DNA of 64,000 bases from assembly GCF_009914755.1 (NCBI RefSeq), contig NC_060928.1. One strand, given 5' to 3'. Source of the DNA: the human T2T-CHM13v2.0 reference genome, Homo sapiens. The notes below the pieces were generated by a model. It saw only the letters and a list, made by a program, of their open reading frames with translations, was not told where the DNA came from and ran no database searches. Of the stretch, positions 41,355 through 54,664 are shown piece by piece. Position 1 is the first letter of the stretch; each line of letters opens with the position of its first letter. The position numbers were made by a program, and so were the translations under genes.

Positions 41355-41780
41355 TGATAGAGACAGGAGGCAGCCAGTGGTCCTGGACGAAACCACACCT
41401 TCAAGCCTAAAACAGCCTGAAGGCTGAAAAACTGGACTGCTGATCTCAGATGAAGCCCACTCTTTCCCAACTGATTCTTTCTGAATAATGCCCACCTGCA
41501 CACTGGGAGGACAGGGTGGAGCCTCGGGAAGTTCCTGCCATTTGCAGAGGGGAGGAGCCTGGCCTCTCCTGTTCCTGTATGGTGACCTGGGATTCAATCC
41601 ATGAGGAGGGCAACTTGGAAGCAGGACCTTCTCTTGCTTTGCTGAGAGTTATTTTTCCTTTTCCCTTTCAACCAAAAAATTCCGTTTTCCTCACCCTTCT
41701 ATGTGTCTGTGAGCCTAGTCTTTCCTGGTTGTGTGACAAGAGCACAGTTTTAGCTGAACCAAGGAGAAAGTTCTGCAACA
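41355..41780 (+). mobile_element. ERV1 solo LTR (MER61-like, tentative)
   Basis: TGATAGAGACAGGAGGCAGCC...GGAGAAAGTTCTGCAACA; TG/CA ends; 4-bp TSD TAAC on both sides. Confidence 0.85.
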
Positions 41781-41880
41781 TAACTATTCTTTGAAATGTG
41801 TTGAATTTATAATAATCTTTTATAAATTTGAATTCTATTAAAACAAACTTCCCTAAACCATTCTTCTCTCCTTCATCTTT

Positions 41881-41959
41881 TAATATATTTAAACATATAG
41901 TCCTTAATATATTATATATTTAAATATATAGTCCTTAATATATTTAAATATATAATCTT
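41881..41959. repeat. Three tandem copies of a 24-bp AT-rich unit
   Basis: TAATATATTTAAAYATATARTCYT at 41881, 41905 (with a 7-nt insertion) and 41936. Confidence 0.85.
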
Positions 41960-42419
41960 CCATTTAACATTAATATTTTAATCAATTTTAAAGTAATTCT
42001 GTTGCAATTACAATTGAATTTATTAATAATATTGTCTTCTCATGCAATAATAGCATGTTTTCTACATTTATTTAAATATTATTTTATAAATTTAATTTGA
42101 AATACATACTTTTATTTCTCTATTTTGTTAAATTTATTCCCAAGCATTTTATGTATTTGTTGGAATTTAGAATTCAATATTTTTTATTTTCAATTTAGAT
42201 GTTTCTTATAAAGTTTTGATTTTAAAGACTCTTTTGTATCTAATAATCCCACCAAATTTTCCAATTACTTTGAGTAGTGTTTTTAAAAAAATTTTAAAGT
42301 ATATAATTAAATCATGGGCAAAATTATCTTATTTTTAAATATCAATACATATTGTTTGATTTAATTTTCTTACTTCATTAAGTATCTTCTATATTAAATA
42401 ATAATGTTGAACCCAAACT

Positions 42420-42833
42420 GTGGATCATCCAGAATAGCAACTTTGATCTCCAATACTATGTTAAATGTCAATATCATAAAAGACAAAAAAAGGCTGGGTA
42501 ATTCATACAGATTAAAATGATGAATGCATTATCCTGAATTGAATCAATGGGCTATGTATTATATAATAATATTCTATTAAGTTTCCTGTATTTAACTCCC
42601 TGAATTTGCTAATTGTTCTACGGTCATGTAGTAGAATATCCTTCTAGTTCAGAGATTTGGTAACTTACTCCTAAATTTACCAATCAATAGTAATAAATAC
42701 ATGAATACATAGAAAGTAATAAAGCAGATGTAGCAAAATGTTAACAATTGGTGAATTTAGATAAGCATTATTAAGTTCTTTTTAATAATCTTGCTGTTTT
42801 TCTGTAAGTATGAAATTATTTTTAAAATAAAAA
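42420..42833 (+). mobile_element. L1MC/L1ME-like 3' end
   Basis: AAATGTCAATATCATAAAAGACAAAAAAAGGCTG...GCAAAATGTTAACAATTGGTGAAT...TTTCTGTAAGTATGAAATTATTT. Confidence 0.7.
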
Positions 42834-42842
42834 GGTAAAAAT

Positions 42843-43321
42843 CCACATGCACACATAGGTTAATTGCAGCATTATTCACAATAGTAAAGACATAGAACCA
42901 ATCTAAATACCCATCAGTGGAAGACTGGATAAAGAAAATGTGGTACATATACACTGTGGAATACTATGCAGCTATAAAAAAGGAATGTGATCATGTTGTT
43001 TACAGGAACATAGATAGAACTGGAGGTCAATATTCTTAGAAAACTAACACAAAAACAGAAAACCAAATACTGCATGTTCTCACTTATAAGTAAAGCTAAA
43101 TAATAAGAACCAATGGGCACAAAGAGGGGAACAACAGACACTGCTGCCTACTTCAGGGAGAAGTGGGGGAAGAGGGAGAAGATCAGGAAAAATAACTATC
43201 AGGTATTATGCTTAGTACCTGGGTGATAAAATGGTCTGTATACCAAACCCCCACGACATGAGTTTTCCTGTATCAACAAAGTTGGCACAGGTACTCCTGA
43301 ACCTAAAAGTTTTTTTTTTTT
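42843..43321 (+). mobile_element. L1PA (PA13-16-like) 3' fragment
   Basis: ORF2 end and 3' UTR (GACTGGATAAAGAAAATGTGGTACATATACAC...CTGAACCTAAAAG); TSD AA(G/A)GTAAAAAT at 42832-42842 and 43322-43332. Confidence 0.9.
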
Positions 43322-43919
43322 AAAGTAAAAATTATGGTCAAAGCTAGGAATCTGTGTTTACTTCCTGATGTTAATGAAATTCATTTTAATCGTTTCACAT
43401 TTAATAAAATATTTGCTGTAGAATTTTGTTAAATAAAAAAGTTTTATAAAGAATTATATTTGCCAAATTTGATAAAGTCTTTCAACAACCATTATTGAAT
43501 AACCCTTAAAATGTGCTGGCATCTGTTAATAGACTTTCTGGTATAAATCCATCCTTGTATTTCTGAAATACCTTAATTTTCAGTGTGTTTTATATATGCA
43601 TAAGGAACAAGGTGAAAATTTGAATAGATGTAATGCCTTAGAATAATCATATAAAGCAATTTAAAATGTCACATTAAGTATTAGATTAGGACTAAATGGC
43701 TTCACTGATATTTTAACTTTAAAAACTATATTATTACATGTTATTAAAACTATGTTTTGCAATTACAAAAGAGGACAGTGCCCTGGTTCATTTTAAAAAC
43801 TAAATATAAACAAGTAATCAAGTAAGTAAATATATCAGAAGTAAATGCATATTTAAGAAAAATATCAAAATCTTCATGGATACAAGTGTATTATCAAAAT
43901 ATTTGGAGACTGCAGTCAC

Positions 43920-43975
43920 CTTGTCTACTGGCTTCTGTGAGCCGCATGGGGCTTGTGCAGTGGAGACCACGGCAG
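43920..43975 (-). other. Candidate 56-nt spliced exon of an unknown transcript
   Basis: Minus strand: CTAAC branch motif, 39-nt pyrimidine tract, CAG acceptor, 56 nt, then AAG|GTGACT donor. Signal-based only. Confidence 0.3.
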
Positions 43976-44279
43976 CTGAGAAAGAGGAGAAGTAATCAAG
44001 GGAAGAGGCAAAAGGTTAGCTCCCCCAGCTATTTGGTTGGCTTCTGATATGCTGCCCTATGTAAACACATACATTTGAATAGAAAACTCGAATGCCCTCA
44101 TTTGACAGATATGGAATAAATCTCATGGCATGACTTTCCAAAAGACCCTTCCACGGTAGGTACTCGAGGCTGTTCTGAGGTGTTCCTTGCTTAAAAAAAA
44201 AAAAAAAGCCTTACTGCTTATCTGATATAAATAAAGTTTATCTAATATAAATAAAATATAGATGCTGAAGTTTTCTTAA

Positions 44280-44574
44280 TTTTTTTTTTTGAGATGGAGT
44301 CTCTCTCTGTTGCCCAGGCTGGAGTGCATTGGTGCTAACTTGGCTCACTGCACGCTCCGCCTTCCTGGTTCACACCCATTTTTCTGCCTTATCCTCCCGA
44401 GTGGCTGGGACTACAGGCGCCCACCACCACGCCTGGCTAATTTTTTTGTATTTTTAGTAGAGACGGGGTTTTCACCGTGATAGCCAGGGTAGATTCTATC
44501 TCCTGACCTCGTGATCTGCCCACTTAGGGCTTCCAAAGTGCTGGGATTATAGAGGTGAGCCACCGTGCCCAGCC
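44280..44574 (-). mobile_element. AluY-type element, unusually diverged
   Basis: Full dimer with Y-type features (GACTACAGGCGCCC, CACCGTG..AGCCAGG, GACCTCGTGATC) but many non-CpG substitutions. Confidence 0.9.
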
Positions 44575-47500
44575 TTAAAATTTTTAAAATAAGAAAAAAT
44601 ATCCTTCATCACTTCCTTCATAGTTTTGGAGAAAGTGTTGAACTTTAGGACTGAATTTTAAAGATCTTTGCACTAATAGGCAGGTCTATGTTTTTGATGT
44701 GTTGGATTTTGTAGTAGTAAATCCACTACAACAGTAACATAGAAGTGGGGAATTAGTTTACAGAATTCATTAAGAGTGGACATGTACTCTAGGTTTGTCC
44801 ACAGTGATCTTTCCTTAATACAACCTGGCTGGATACTTGGCTACTGGTTATTCACTGTGGCATCCAGGGTAGCCGCATGGCACTCATCTAGAGTGTGTTC
44901 ACCTTGAGTCTCAAGGCATTCAAGAGTTGGGCAAAGCACAGTCATTTACATAGGTTACATCATAAATGTGCTCCCTGGAAGGATAAACCACATAGGCACT
45001 GCTTTCAACATAGACAATGTATAACTTTTGTCTTCCAGTCAAATAGTTCTAGTTACAGTATCAAATTATAAAACATCTACTGTATCTTTTATTTGAATTT
45101 TCTTAAAATAATCACTTCTTTTAATATAAATATAAATGTACTAATACTTTTTATATTCATTTTGTTACATTATCATGTAACTCATATTTTTCCATTAAAT
45201 TTGTAAGTGGCTACATTTTATCATATATTTTCTTCATTATTTATTTTGTAAATTGTATATAAATATTAAATAAATTTGAAACAGAATATACTTGTTTTAT
45301 TCTAATTTCTTGACTTTAAAAAATTATTTTTCTTCTAATTTGATATCAGTAATGTTTAAAGTTTTAAATTGTGTTAAGGTTTAAGCTTATATATAATTTT
45401 GTGAATAAGGATTTTGACTTATTTCTTAAGTAGTTTAGAAAATTATTTTATTTCGACTTTTATTCTATTGTGATACAAATATGGTTGCTATTATATCTTC
45501 CTTAAAAAAATTTTAATTTTTTTTCTGGTGTTATTAATATATCACAACCAATAAAAATGGTGTAGATCCACTCTAATCACTAAATTTCCCAAATCTCTAT
45601 TCTATTCTTTATGTTTGCAAAAACTTTATATTGTTTTTAATGTTTGCTCTATAAGGACTTAAAACTATGCTCATATCCTGTGACTGTTATTTCTTCAGTT
45701 TTTTCCTCTTTTTTAATTAGAAAAAGTTTTGCATATTTTAATGTTATGGAATTTCATTGGCAAAGTTGTTTATATTATTATGTATTTGCTGATCCCATGA
45801 CCGTTCACCTTCTTACGTCATTTTATTTTAGAATTGTGCCTTGTATATAACATGGAGTTGGGCTGAACTTTTAGTCCTAAGGTTCTACTTATCCCTTTCT
45901 TTGTTTAGGGTACTTTAAGAACTGTTTTCATCTTTTGCACATGGCATTTCTGTGCATGCTTTGGGTTGGGAACCTCTCTGGTTTTGAATCCATTTTCCTC
46001 TGTCTTTCAAATGTTTCCTTATAATTCCTGGTCAACCACAAACCCCCTTCTTATTTTCAGCACTTTTTTTTTATGCAATGTTAAATCATCCCTCTTATTT
46101 CTCAAAAGACAGCAAGCATATGCCCATCACTTTAAGCCAATACAGATTTTTATTTCTTTCTTTACAAGCATTTTAGCTGTCTTTGAGAAAATTGACTTCA
46201 GTGAACTTTTTCTTTCAGTATGAGGACGTCAACTTTAAGCTGGAAGTATACTTGGAAAAATCTTCTGTGGCTTGCTAGACAGTAGAGATCATGTTAAGAT
46301 TATAAACTCTTTTGCCTCCTTTTCTATGGACACAATTAGATTTGTTTTAATACAAATGAATTTATTTTACTGCTTGCAATTCTGCTCAGAGCAAATTGCG
46401 TTTTGTGTTTTCAAAGAGTTTCACAATATATAATGGATGTTTAAGAATATTATCATATCCTTAAAACTAATGTCTTAAAATCAATTTGAGATTTTAATCA
46501 TATAGGGAAGATTCAGTGAGTGTTAGAAACTCAGCATCAGCAGTAAATGTATTTGTATGGGGATAATACAAATATTTAGGACTTAATATGCTGGATCCAA
46601 CTATTCAAAATGAGAAATAATCAGAAAAGAAAGTGAGTATAAATAACTAGTAATACTGAAACGGAGTATACTAGTGGAATACTGACTACTTATTTAAATA
46701 TTTATAATAATTCTGGACTTAAGGAATAAAAATTTTATGAAAAAGAATCGCCATTGTCTAAAAACTGTTGTTTTTTTACAAAGTGCTCCAGAACAAGTGG
46801 CTAAACTTAAAAATAAGCATTCAGTTCTGTATTTACACATTGGGCCAAAGCTAAGACAATTTTAAGTAAAAATTCAAGCCAGAATTCAATGTCTTTTAGT
46901 TAGGCCACATAGGCAACATTTATTTATAAAATCAAGAAAAATGGAAGAAAAACTGTGGTCCCACACAAAGTAAGGTGCTGCTTTAAAAGTTATTCTAGTC
47001 TGAGTTGAATATAGAACTACTATTTACTTTAAAAATCAATCACAATTCCACTTTATATCATAAAGTAAACTGTTTTGCAGAATTTAATAGGATTATGCTA
47101 TCGATTCCATCTACACAATGCTTGCTCGTATTGCATACCTATGAACTATGGCCTATTATGTTACTGAGCACAGGAGAAAAGGGATTAGTCTGTGAAAGAA
47201 CAAGCTGATTTCATGCCTCCACACAATGTTCACATACTTGTTAACTCAATAGTCATTATATGTTAGTAAATGTCAACCAATAAAACAAAACAAAATTAAA
47301 AAATAGTCTGCTCTAATCCTTGAAGCATCTGACTAAGCTTATTTGAAAAACTCAGTTTGGGGAGCTGTTCAAAACCCAGACACTAGAAATGAAAGATTAA
47401 AGTTCTGTTTGCTTGTTTTTTTGTTTTTTGTTTTCACAGAGACAAAATAAATAGAATAATTTACTTCAACTGCATATGATCCCCATAACTGTCTAATCTT

Positions 47501-47987
47501 TTCTGAAGAGTGGTTTAATCAGACCAGATACTAATATTTAACTATTGTAGCAGATTTTCAATCCAAGTCAGGGGGAAACCAAGTAACATTATGGGAATGT
47601 GAGGTGGGAAGGATGAAGTTATATTTATTACTCCAAATGCCCTCTGCTTTCAATAATTTTCTATATGTAAAAGCAATTTATATATATTATATAATCTTAT
47701 GAAAAAGAAAAAATTTAAATTGTTCATTCCTAAAATCATCTTTTTCTTAAGTGCTTGTTACCAGAATTCTCAATATGGTGAACTTCCATTTGCTTTATTT
47801 TTATTTTGTAGGCATTTCTGCTAATAAGAAGCTGATCTTACATAGAATTTCAACTTAAATATACTTCTTTGTAAATATGCTCATATGGCATTAGGTATGT
47901 GGCAAAGAACCTTATATTCACTTTCTAAAGAAATTTACATAATTTTTAGTTAAACATTATGTTTTCAAAATAATCAGAAAAAAAGTA

Positions 47988-48216
47988 AGTCACTTATACC
48001 AGTAGCCAATGTTTTTCAAATGTATAGTTGTTACATTATATTAACATTAACATCTACTGCCTCTGTATTGCTTTTCTTCCTTCATTTTGAGACTTAACAC
48101 TGCAACTGTGCTTCAGTTTCTTGCCTCATCCATGGATGCCCACTGTCACAGGCAAGAACCTCTGAGGTTTGAATTATCTTCAGTTTGGGTTTGATACAGG
48201 TCCTTGAAGCTTCCCA
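47988..48216 (+). repeat. Copy A of a ~220-bp dispersed direct repeat (copy B about 49823-50043)
   Basis: Shared core ATCCATGGATGYCCAYTGTCACAGGCAAGAACYTCTGAGGTTTGARTTATCTTCA plus collinear flanks. Confidence 0.88.
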
Positions 48217-48249
48217 AACTAGATATTCTTAGTAAAATAATATATCTGG

Positions 48250-49048
<799 letters not shown>

Positions 49049-49159
49049 TTTCTTTTTCACTTCACGCATGTTCTTTATATTTTTCTTTAATAATTTATAA
49101 ACAGAAAAGACTATATTTTGAATACCATTGACATTTGTTATATATACAGTGGGAATCCA

Positions 49160-49612
49160 TGTTTTACTGGGAAGCAGATACTCAATCTAAGTTGGAAGCG
49201 AAAGAGATTTGGGGGAATAAAAATCAGTTAAAGTCAAAGGAGAGTGGGAGTAGTAATAGGGAGGGTTTTTAAACATGTGATGCAAGTTTGACACCTCTGA
49301 AAAGACAGGGATAAAGAAGAAACATTAGAGAGGAAGAGCTTCAGTCTCTGATGCAGTTGTGAGAAAATCCCATCCATGCCAATAGGGAGTTCTAGAGCAA
49401 AGACTACCTACTAGAGAAACCCCATTTTGGGCAGAAATAACCTAGCACATTTCCTAGCTGTCATTAGCCAGAGCAGCCCAGGAAGAATGTTTTTGACTAG
49501 AATATTGTGGCCAATTCTAAAGGTGTTGTAACTAGTGACTATCAACTGACTGCTATAATCACAGCATGTTTTTTCTTGCAAGGTTATCTTTTGCACCTAC
49601 AAGGCTGCCACA
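49160..49612 (-). mobile_element. LTR16-family ERVL solo LTR (decayed)
   Basis: CTGGGAAGCAGA...GTGATGCAAGTTTGACACCTCTGAAA...GGGAGTTCTAGAGCAAAGA...GGCTGCCACA. Confidence 0.65.
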
Positions 49613-50140
49613 GTCAATTCAATGTAACTTGAAGTTCATTACTATTGCCTCTTTAGTGAGAAAGTTTAGGTCATACAGGTTATAGAGGGTGAAGGGAGGG
49701 GTGAACCTAAAAGTTCCTAGGGGAGATACATATTTACTCAGGATAATGACCGATTCTTTGATATTTACAGGTGAGTAATTTTTCACATTTGCTCCAAATA
49801 TGCAAATCCTTATGCATATGGCAGTCACTTCTGTTGGTATCCAATAATATGCAAAGTTGTTATAATGTCAACCACATAACAATATTAATATTTATTACTC
49901 CTGCATTGATTTTTATCCTTCATTCTGAGATCTTAACTAATGTAGCTGTGTCTTATCCATGGATGTCCATTGTCACAGGCAAGAACTTCTGAGGTTTGAG
50001 TTATCTTCAACTGGGTCTGATCCAGAGCCTTCAAGTTTCCCAGTATGTTTTAGAAGATACCTCGGCATACCCTATCTCAGTAATAGAAACACTCTAAAAC
50101 TAAAAAGATGGCTGTATATGCTACAATCACATTTAAATTA

Positions 50141-50471
<331 letters not shown>

Positions 50472-50961
50472 AAATTATGAATGTTCCGTATGAATTTCTT
50501 AACCTAGTGTTAAGGTTCAGGGAAAAATTATTTTCCCAAAGATTTCCTAGATGAATTTCAATTAAAAGAAAATATTAGAACAGGTGAACTATTTCTGAAC
50601 CAATACTCAAATTTCATGCTTCCCTTTTCCACGGGGCCCTCTCTTTCACTACAGCACACAAAGAAAATTCTCAACCAGCAATGCTGCAACAATGTACCTA
50701 TTATGTTGCTAAATATTGATGACTAATGACTGTCAGAAATAAGTTATTGTCAAAATCAAATAAAACATAGAGACAAATCTCTAAATTTCAAACATTTCAT
50801 TTGGGAAGCAGGAGTTGCAATCCAGGGCATATGCACAGATCAGGTGGCCTCTGGTATGTCCAAAGAACAAAGAGAAGGTTGGAAGTTGTATAAAAAGGAG
50901 AAATATTACATAGTGTTTTGCAAGAAAATTCACTGGCACCCATAAAGTTTCTGGGAGCTGG

Positions 50962-51923
50962 CGATATGGCTCCAATGAGTGGAGGAACAGCACGGCTCTT
51001 GTCTCCCGCGAGTTGGGTGAAACGACACGGACACACGTGGAGTGGTTTTAGGAAGCGGAGAGTTTAATAGGCAAAAAGAAGGGAGAAGAAAGAAGCTCCC
51101 TGTACAGGGACAGAGGGAGGGGGGCTCCAAAGCCAAGAGAGGAGATCCCGTGTGCCATGGAAAAGTGGCTGCTTATATGAGTAGGCTGGAGGAAGTGGTG
51201 TCTGATTTGCATAGGGCTCAGGGGATTGGTTTGACCAGGCATGTCATTCATGTAGCCCCCAAAAAACTGGCCATCCCACCCTAGTCCTTTAATATGCAAA
51301 TGCAGGGTGCCATGATGTTCTACATACATGGGCCTATGTGGAGGTGGCCATGTTGCCAGGCACATGTCAGGGCAAGGGCAAGAGGACAATGGTGGGAATT
51401 GCCATGTTTGGGTGGACCCAGTTTCTTTTTCTTCTTTTTCTTTTCTTTTTTTTTTTTTTTTGAGATACAGTCTGGCTCTGTCACCCAGGATGGAGTGCAG
51501 TGGCACCATCTCCGCTCACTGCAAACTCCACCTCCCAGTTCAAGCGATTCTTCTGCCCCAGCCTTCCTGGTAGCTGGGATTACAGGCACTGCACCACCAC
51601 ACATGGCTAATTTTTGTATTTTTAGTAGAGCAGAGGTTTCACCATGTTGGCCAGGCTGGTCTCAAACTCATGACCTCATGATCCTCCCGCTTCAGCCTCC
51701 CAAAGTGTTGGGATTACAGGCATGAGTCACCATGCTGGCCAGTGGACCCAGTTTCTCATGGCTGGCATTTGCATATCAAAGGTTGCTGGCCTGCTGTAAG
51801 TGCCTGGGCTTTCCTGCTAGACAACAAACATTTCTGGAGCTACTTTAAAAGCAATGAAAACTTTCTGAGGACCCCTTTTCCTCTCTATCTGCCTAAAATA
51901 ATTTCTTAATAACTGCTACTACG
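50962..51923 (-). mobile_element. LTR9-like ERV1 solo LTR split by an Alu
   Basis: GACCCCTTTTCCTCTCTATCTGCCTAAAATAATTTCTTAATAAC at the right end; TSD CTGG/CTAG; three octamer motifs. Confidence 0.85.
51427..51741 (-). mobile_element. AluS inserted in LTR9
   Basis: Full dimer; 15-bp TSD GTGGACCCAGTTTCT at 51412-51426 and 51742-51756. Confidence 0.95.
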
Positions 51924-52506
51924 CTAGTAAGTGCTAATTGGTAAGTAATGGTGGTGAAGGTTAAAACTAGTCTTAGAGCTGTAGCAGGTTATTTCATTAA
52001 CTGTTAGATAATATGGGTTTCAGGTTATAGCAGGCAATTTCAGCAGTCACATTTGCAGAGAATTGCATTCTTGGACAATGTTTTGTTCCCTGAGTGCATT
52101 TTGCCCTTGGCTGTTACTCTGTTTTGGTTGGATGACAAGAATGACCCAATTAATGTCATCTACTTTTACATTATAAGCTTTACAAATTTATCATATGAGA
52201 AAATTATCCCAAATCTTAATCACTCTGCATAGCACTATTAAATGTCCAGAAACCTTATAACAAATAGCCAACACAAATAATTCATTGAGAAATTTGAAGT
52301 TATTCAGTACATTGGTTCTCAAAAAATTTCTGCCTAATTTCAGATTTCTTTACATTATCACTCATCTTTATGGTCTTTTCTCCATTTTTAAATAAGATAA
52401 TCCTTCTTTTTTCTTAAGGTCAATGAGTCCAACTGTGCCATAATCTTCTTTCTCTTTCAGTTATATTCTCTTACATATGCTTTCACCCTGAACAAACAAA
52501 ATAAAT

Positions 52507-53086
52507 TGTCTATGAAAAGAGTCAAACTCTAAAATATTTGATGAGATTTATTCTAATCAATTATCAGTGACCATGGCCCATGACACAGCCCTCAGTAGAC
52601 TCTGAGAATGTGTGCTCAAGATGTTCAGGCTGCAGCTTTGTTTTATACATATTGGGGAGACATGAGACTTTAATCAAATACATTTGAAATATACATTGGT
52701 TTGGTCCAGAAAGGCTGGACAACTCAAAGCAGGGCTTCCAGGTTACATGTAGATTTAAATTTTTTTCTGATTGGTAATTGGTTGAAGGAGTTATTATCAA
52801 TAGAAAGGAATGTCTGAGTTATGATAAGCGTTATGGAGACCAAAGTTTTATCATGCAGATGAAGCCTCCAGGTATCGTGCTTCAGAGAGAATAGATTATA
52901 AATGTTTCTTATCAGATTTAAGGTCTGTGTTGCTGTTAATGCTGAAGGGTATAATGAGGCATGTCTGACACCCCACTTCCCATCATGGCCTGAGCCAGTC
53001 TTTCAGGTTAAATTGTAGTGTGCCCTGGCCAAGGAGGAAGTACATTCAGATGGTTGGGGGGCATTAGGATTTTTTTTTGGTTAACA
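52507..53086 (-). mobile_element. MER4 (A/B-like) ERV1 solo LTR
   Basis: TGTCTATGAAAAGAGTCAAACTC...GCCCTGGCCAAGGAGGAAGTACATTCAGATGGTTGGGGG...TGGTTAACA; 4-bp TSD AAAT. Confidence 0.9.
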
Positions 53087-53870
53087 AAATAAAAAGACTC
53101 ATTTAATTACATTATCTCTACAACTATTTTTCTATCTTCTCTTCTATCTACTCTTCTATCTTCTGTCTCTACTAAATTTCCAAAAGAGTTGTCTAAAATC
53201 ACTTCTCAAATACATGGGCTAGGTTTTCTATTGTAAAGATCCTACTTTGACTTTTTTCTCTGAGGTCTCTTCCTGTTGCCACACATTCTCTGTGCACACT
53301 CTTTTTCTTGCCAGCAGGAATCACTCTGGTTACTCCCCTCTCTTCTTTTCTACTCCTGAACCCTCTTTTTGTGTGTGTGTGGTGCTTCTAGGTTTCCATT
53401 TTCAGGCCACTATTCTTGTTCTCAGGAAGTTTTGTTCAACTTCATGGTCCCAAGAATGACTGATAAATGAAAGACTGGAAGACTCATATTCTCTAGTCCA
53501 AATTTCTTTCTGACATATACCTATCTTCTTGACAAATGTTCCAAAGAAACTTCAAATTAAAAATATTCACATTTGAACTTATCACCTCCTGTAAAATCCA
53601 TTCCTTCATTTGTATTCCTTATCTAACTTGATAGCACCAGCGGCTACCCAAGCAATCTCGGATAGCTCTAACTTGCCTCTCTCTAATCGCATAAGCTAGT
53701 TACTTGCTGAATCTTGATGCTATAATCTTTTAAATATTTACATTCTTTGTGTTTTATTCTCTGTCTTCCAAATAGCACTCTAAACACACAATCTGAAATT
53801 AAGTTCTGATTTTCTTTCTTAAAATTTTCCTTTCTTGTATTTGGAAACACATTGTCCAATCCAGTGCCAG

Positions 53871-54664
53871 TGAAACAGGAGACAGGGAAATACTGAGTAG
53901 AAGAGTGGTGTTCCCTGGCAAAGGTCCCACCCTCAAGCTTGGATCCCCACAGCCCTAAATGAGAACAGGTATTTCTGTTCTTGCGCCCAAAAGGTTGCCT
54001 TTGGGCCTGCCACGCCCGCTGTCCTGCACCCATATAAACCCTGAATCCCAAGTTCTAGAAGAGACCAGCAGACCAGCAGACCAGTGAGGGCGGAATGCCA
54101 TGGCAGAGAAAGAAGAGGAGAGACGTCGAGATCCCCAGTGTAGTTTGACCAGGGGCGGTCGGAGAAGAGCCCGGCTGCTGCACAGCCCGACTTGAAGGGA
54201 AGACCACCTTCCCACTCCATCCCCTCTTCCGGCTTCCCATCCATCTTGCTGAGCCACTTCCGTCACTCAGTAAAACCTTGCACTCATCCTTTGAGCCCGC
54301 GTGTGGTCCAATTCTTTCAGGACACTGGGCAAGAGCTCGGGATACAGAAGGCTGTCACACTCGCCCCTTGCCCTTGTGATAGAGGCACAGGGTTCATTGA
54401 GCTGATTAATACACAAGCAGTCTGCAGACAGCAAAGCTAAAGGAGCACACTGTAACACACGCCCAGTTGGGCTTCAGGAGCCACAGACACTCACCCCTAG
54501 ACGCGGCGGTGGAGCCAGAGCCCAAAAGAGCTTGCCCCAGTTCCCGCACCTGCCCCTCTGTGAGCTCCTCCTCCGGTAAGGGGTTTGAGATGCCAGGTGA
54601 GAAAACAGGTGAGCCACACCCCTGTCACACACCCTGAGGGGAATCAGGGAACTCTCCCATTTCA
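53871..54664 (+). mobile_element. LTR1-family ERV1 solo LTR
   Basis: TGAAACAGGAGACAGGGAAATACTG...GGAATCAGGGAACTCTCCCATTTCA; 4-bp TSD CCAG; CpG-rich. Confidence 0.9.

Larger units (their letters stand above)
50748..52170 (-). mobile_element. ERV1-class solo LTR (family uncertain) split by LTR9
   Basis: TGTCAAAATCAAATAAAACATAGAGAC...TACTTTTACA; TG/CA ends; 4-bp TSD TTAT on both sides. Confidence 0.75.

Noticed and set aside
43905-44207. Processed pseudogene ending in the A15 run
   Set aside because: No flanking TSD, the nearest AATAAA is about 70 nt upstream of the run, and there is no recognisable + strand protein.
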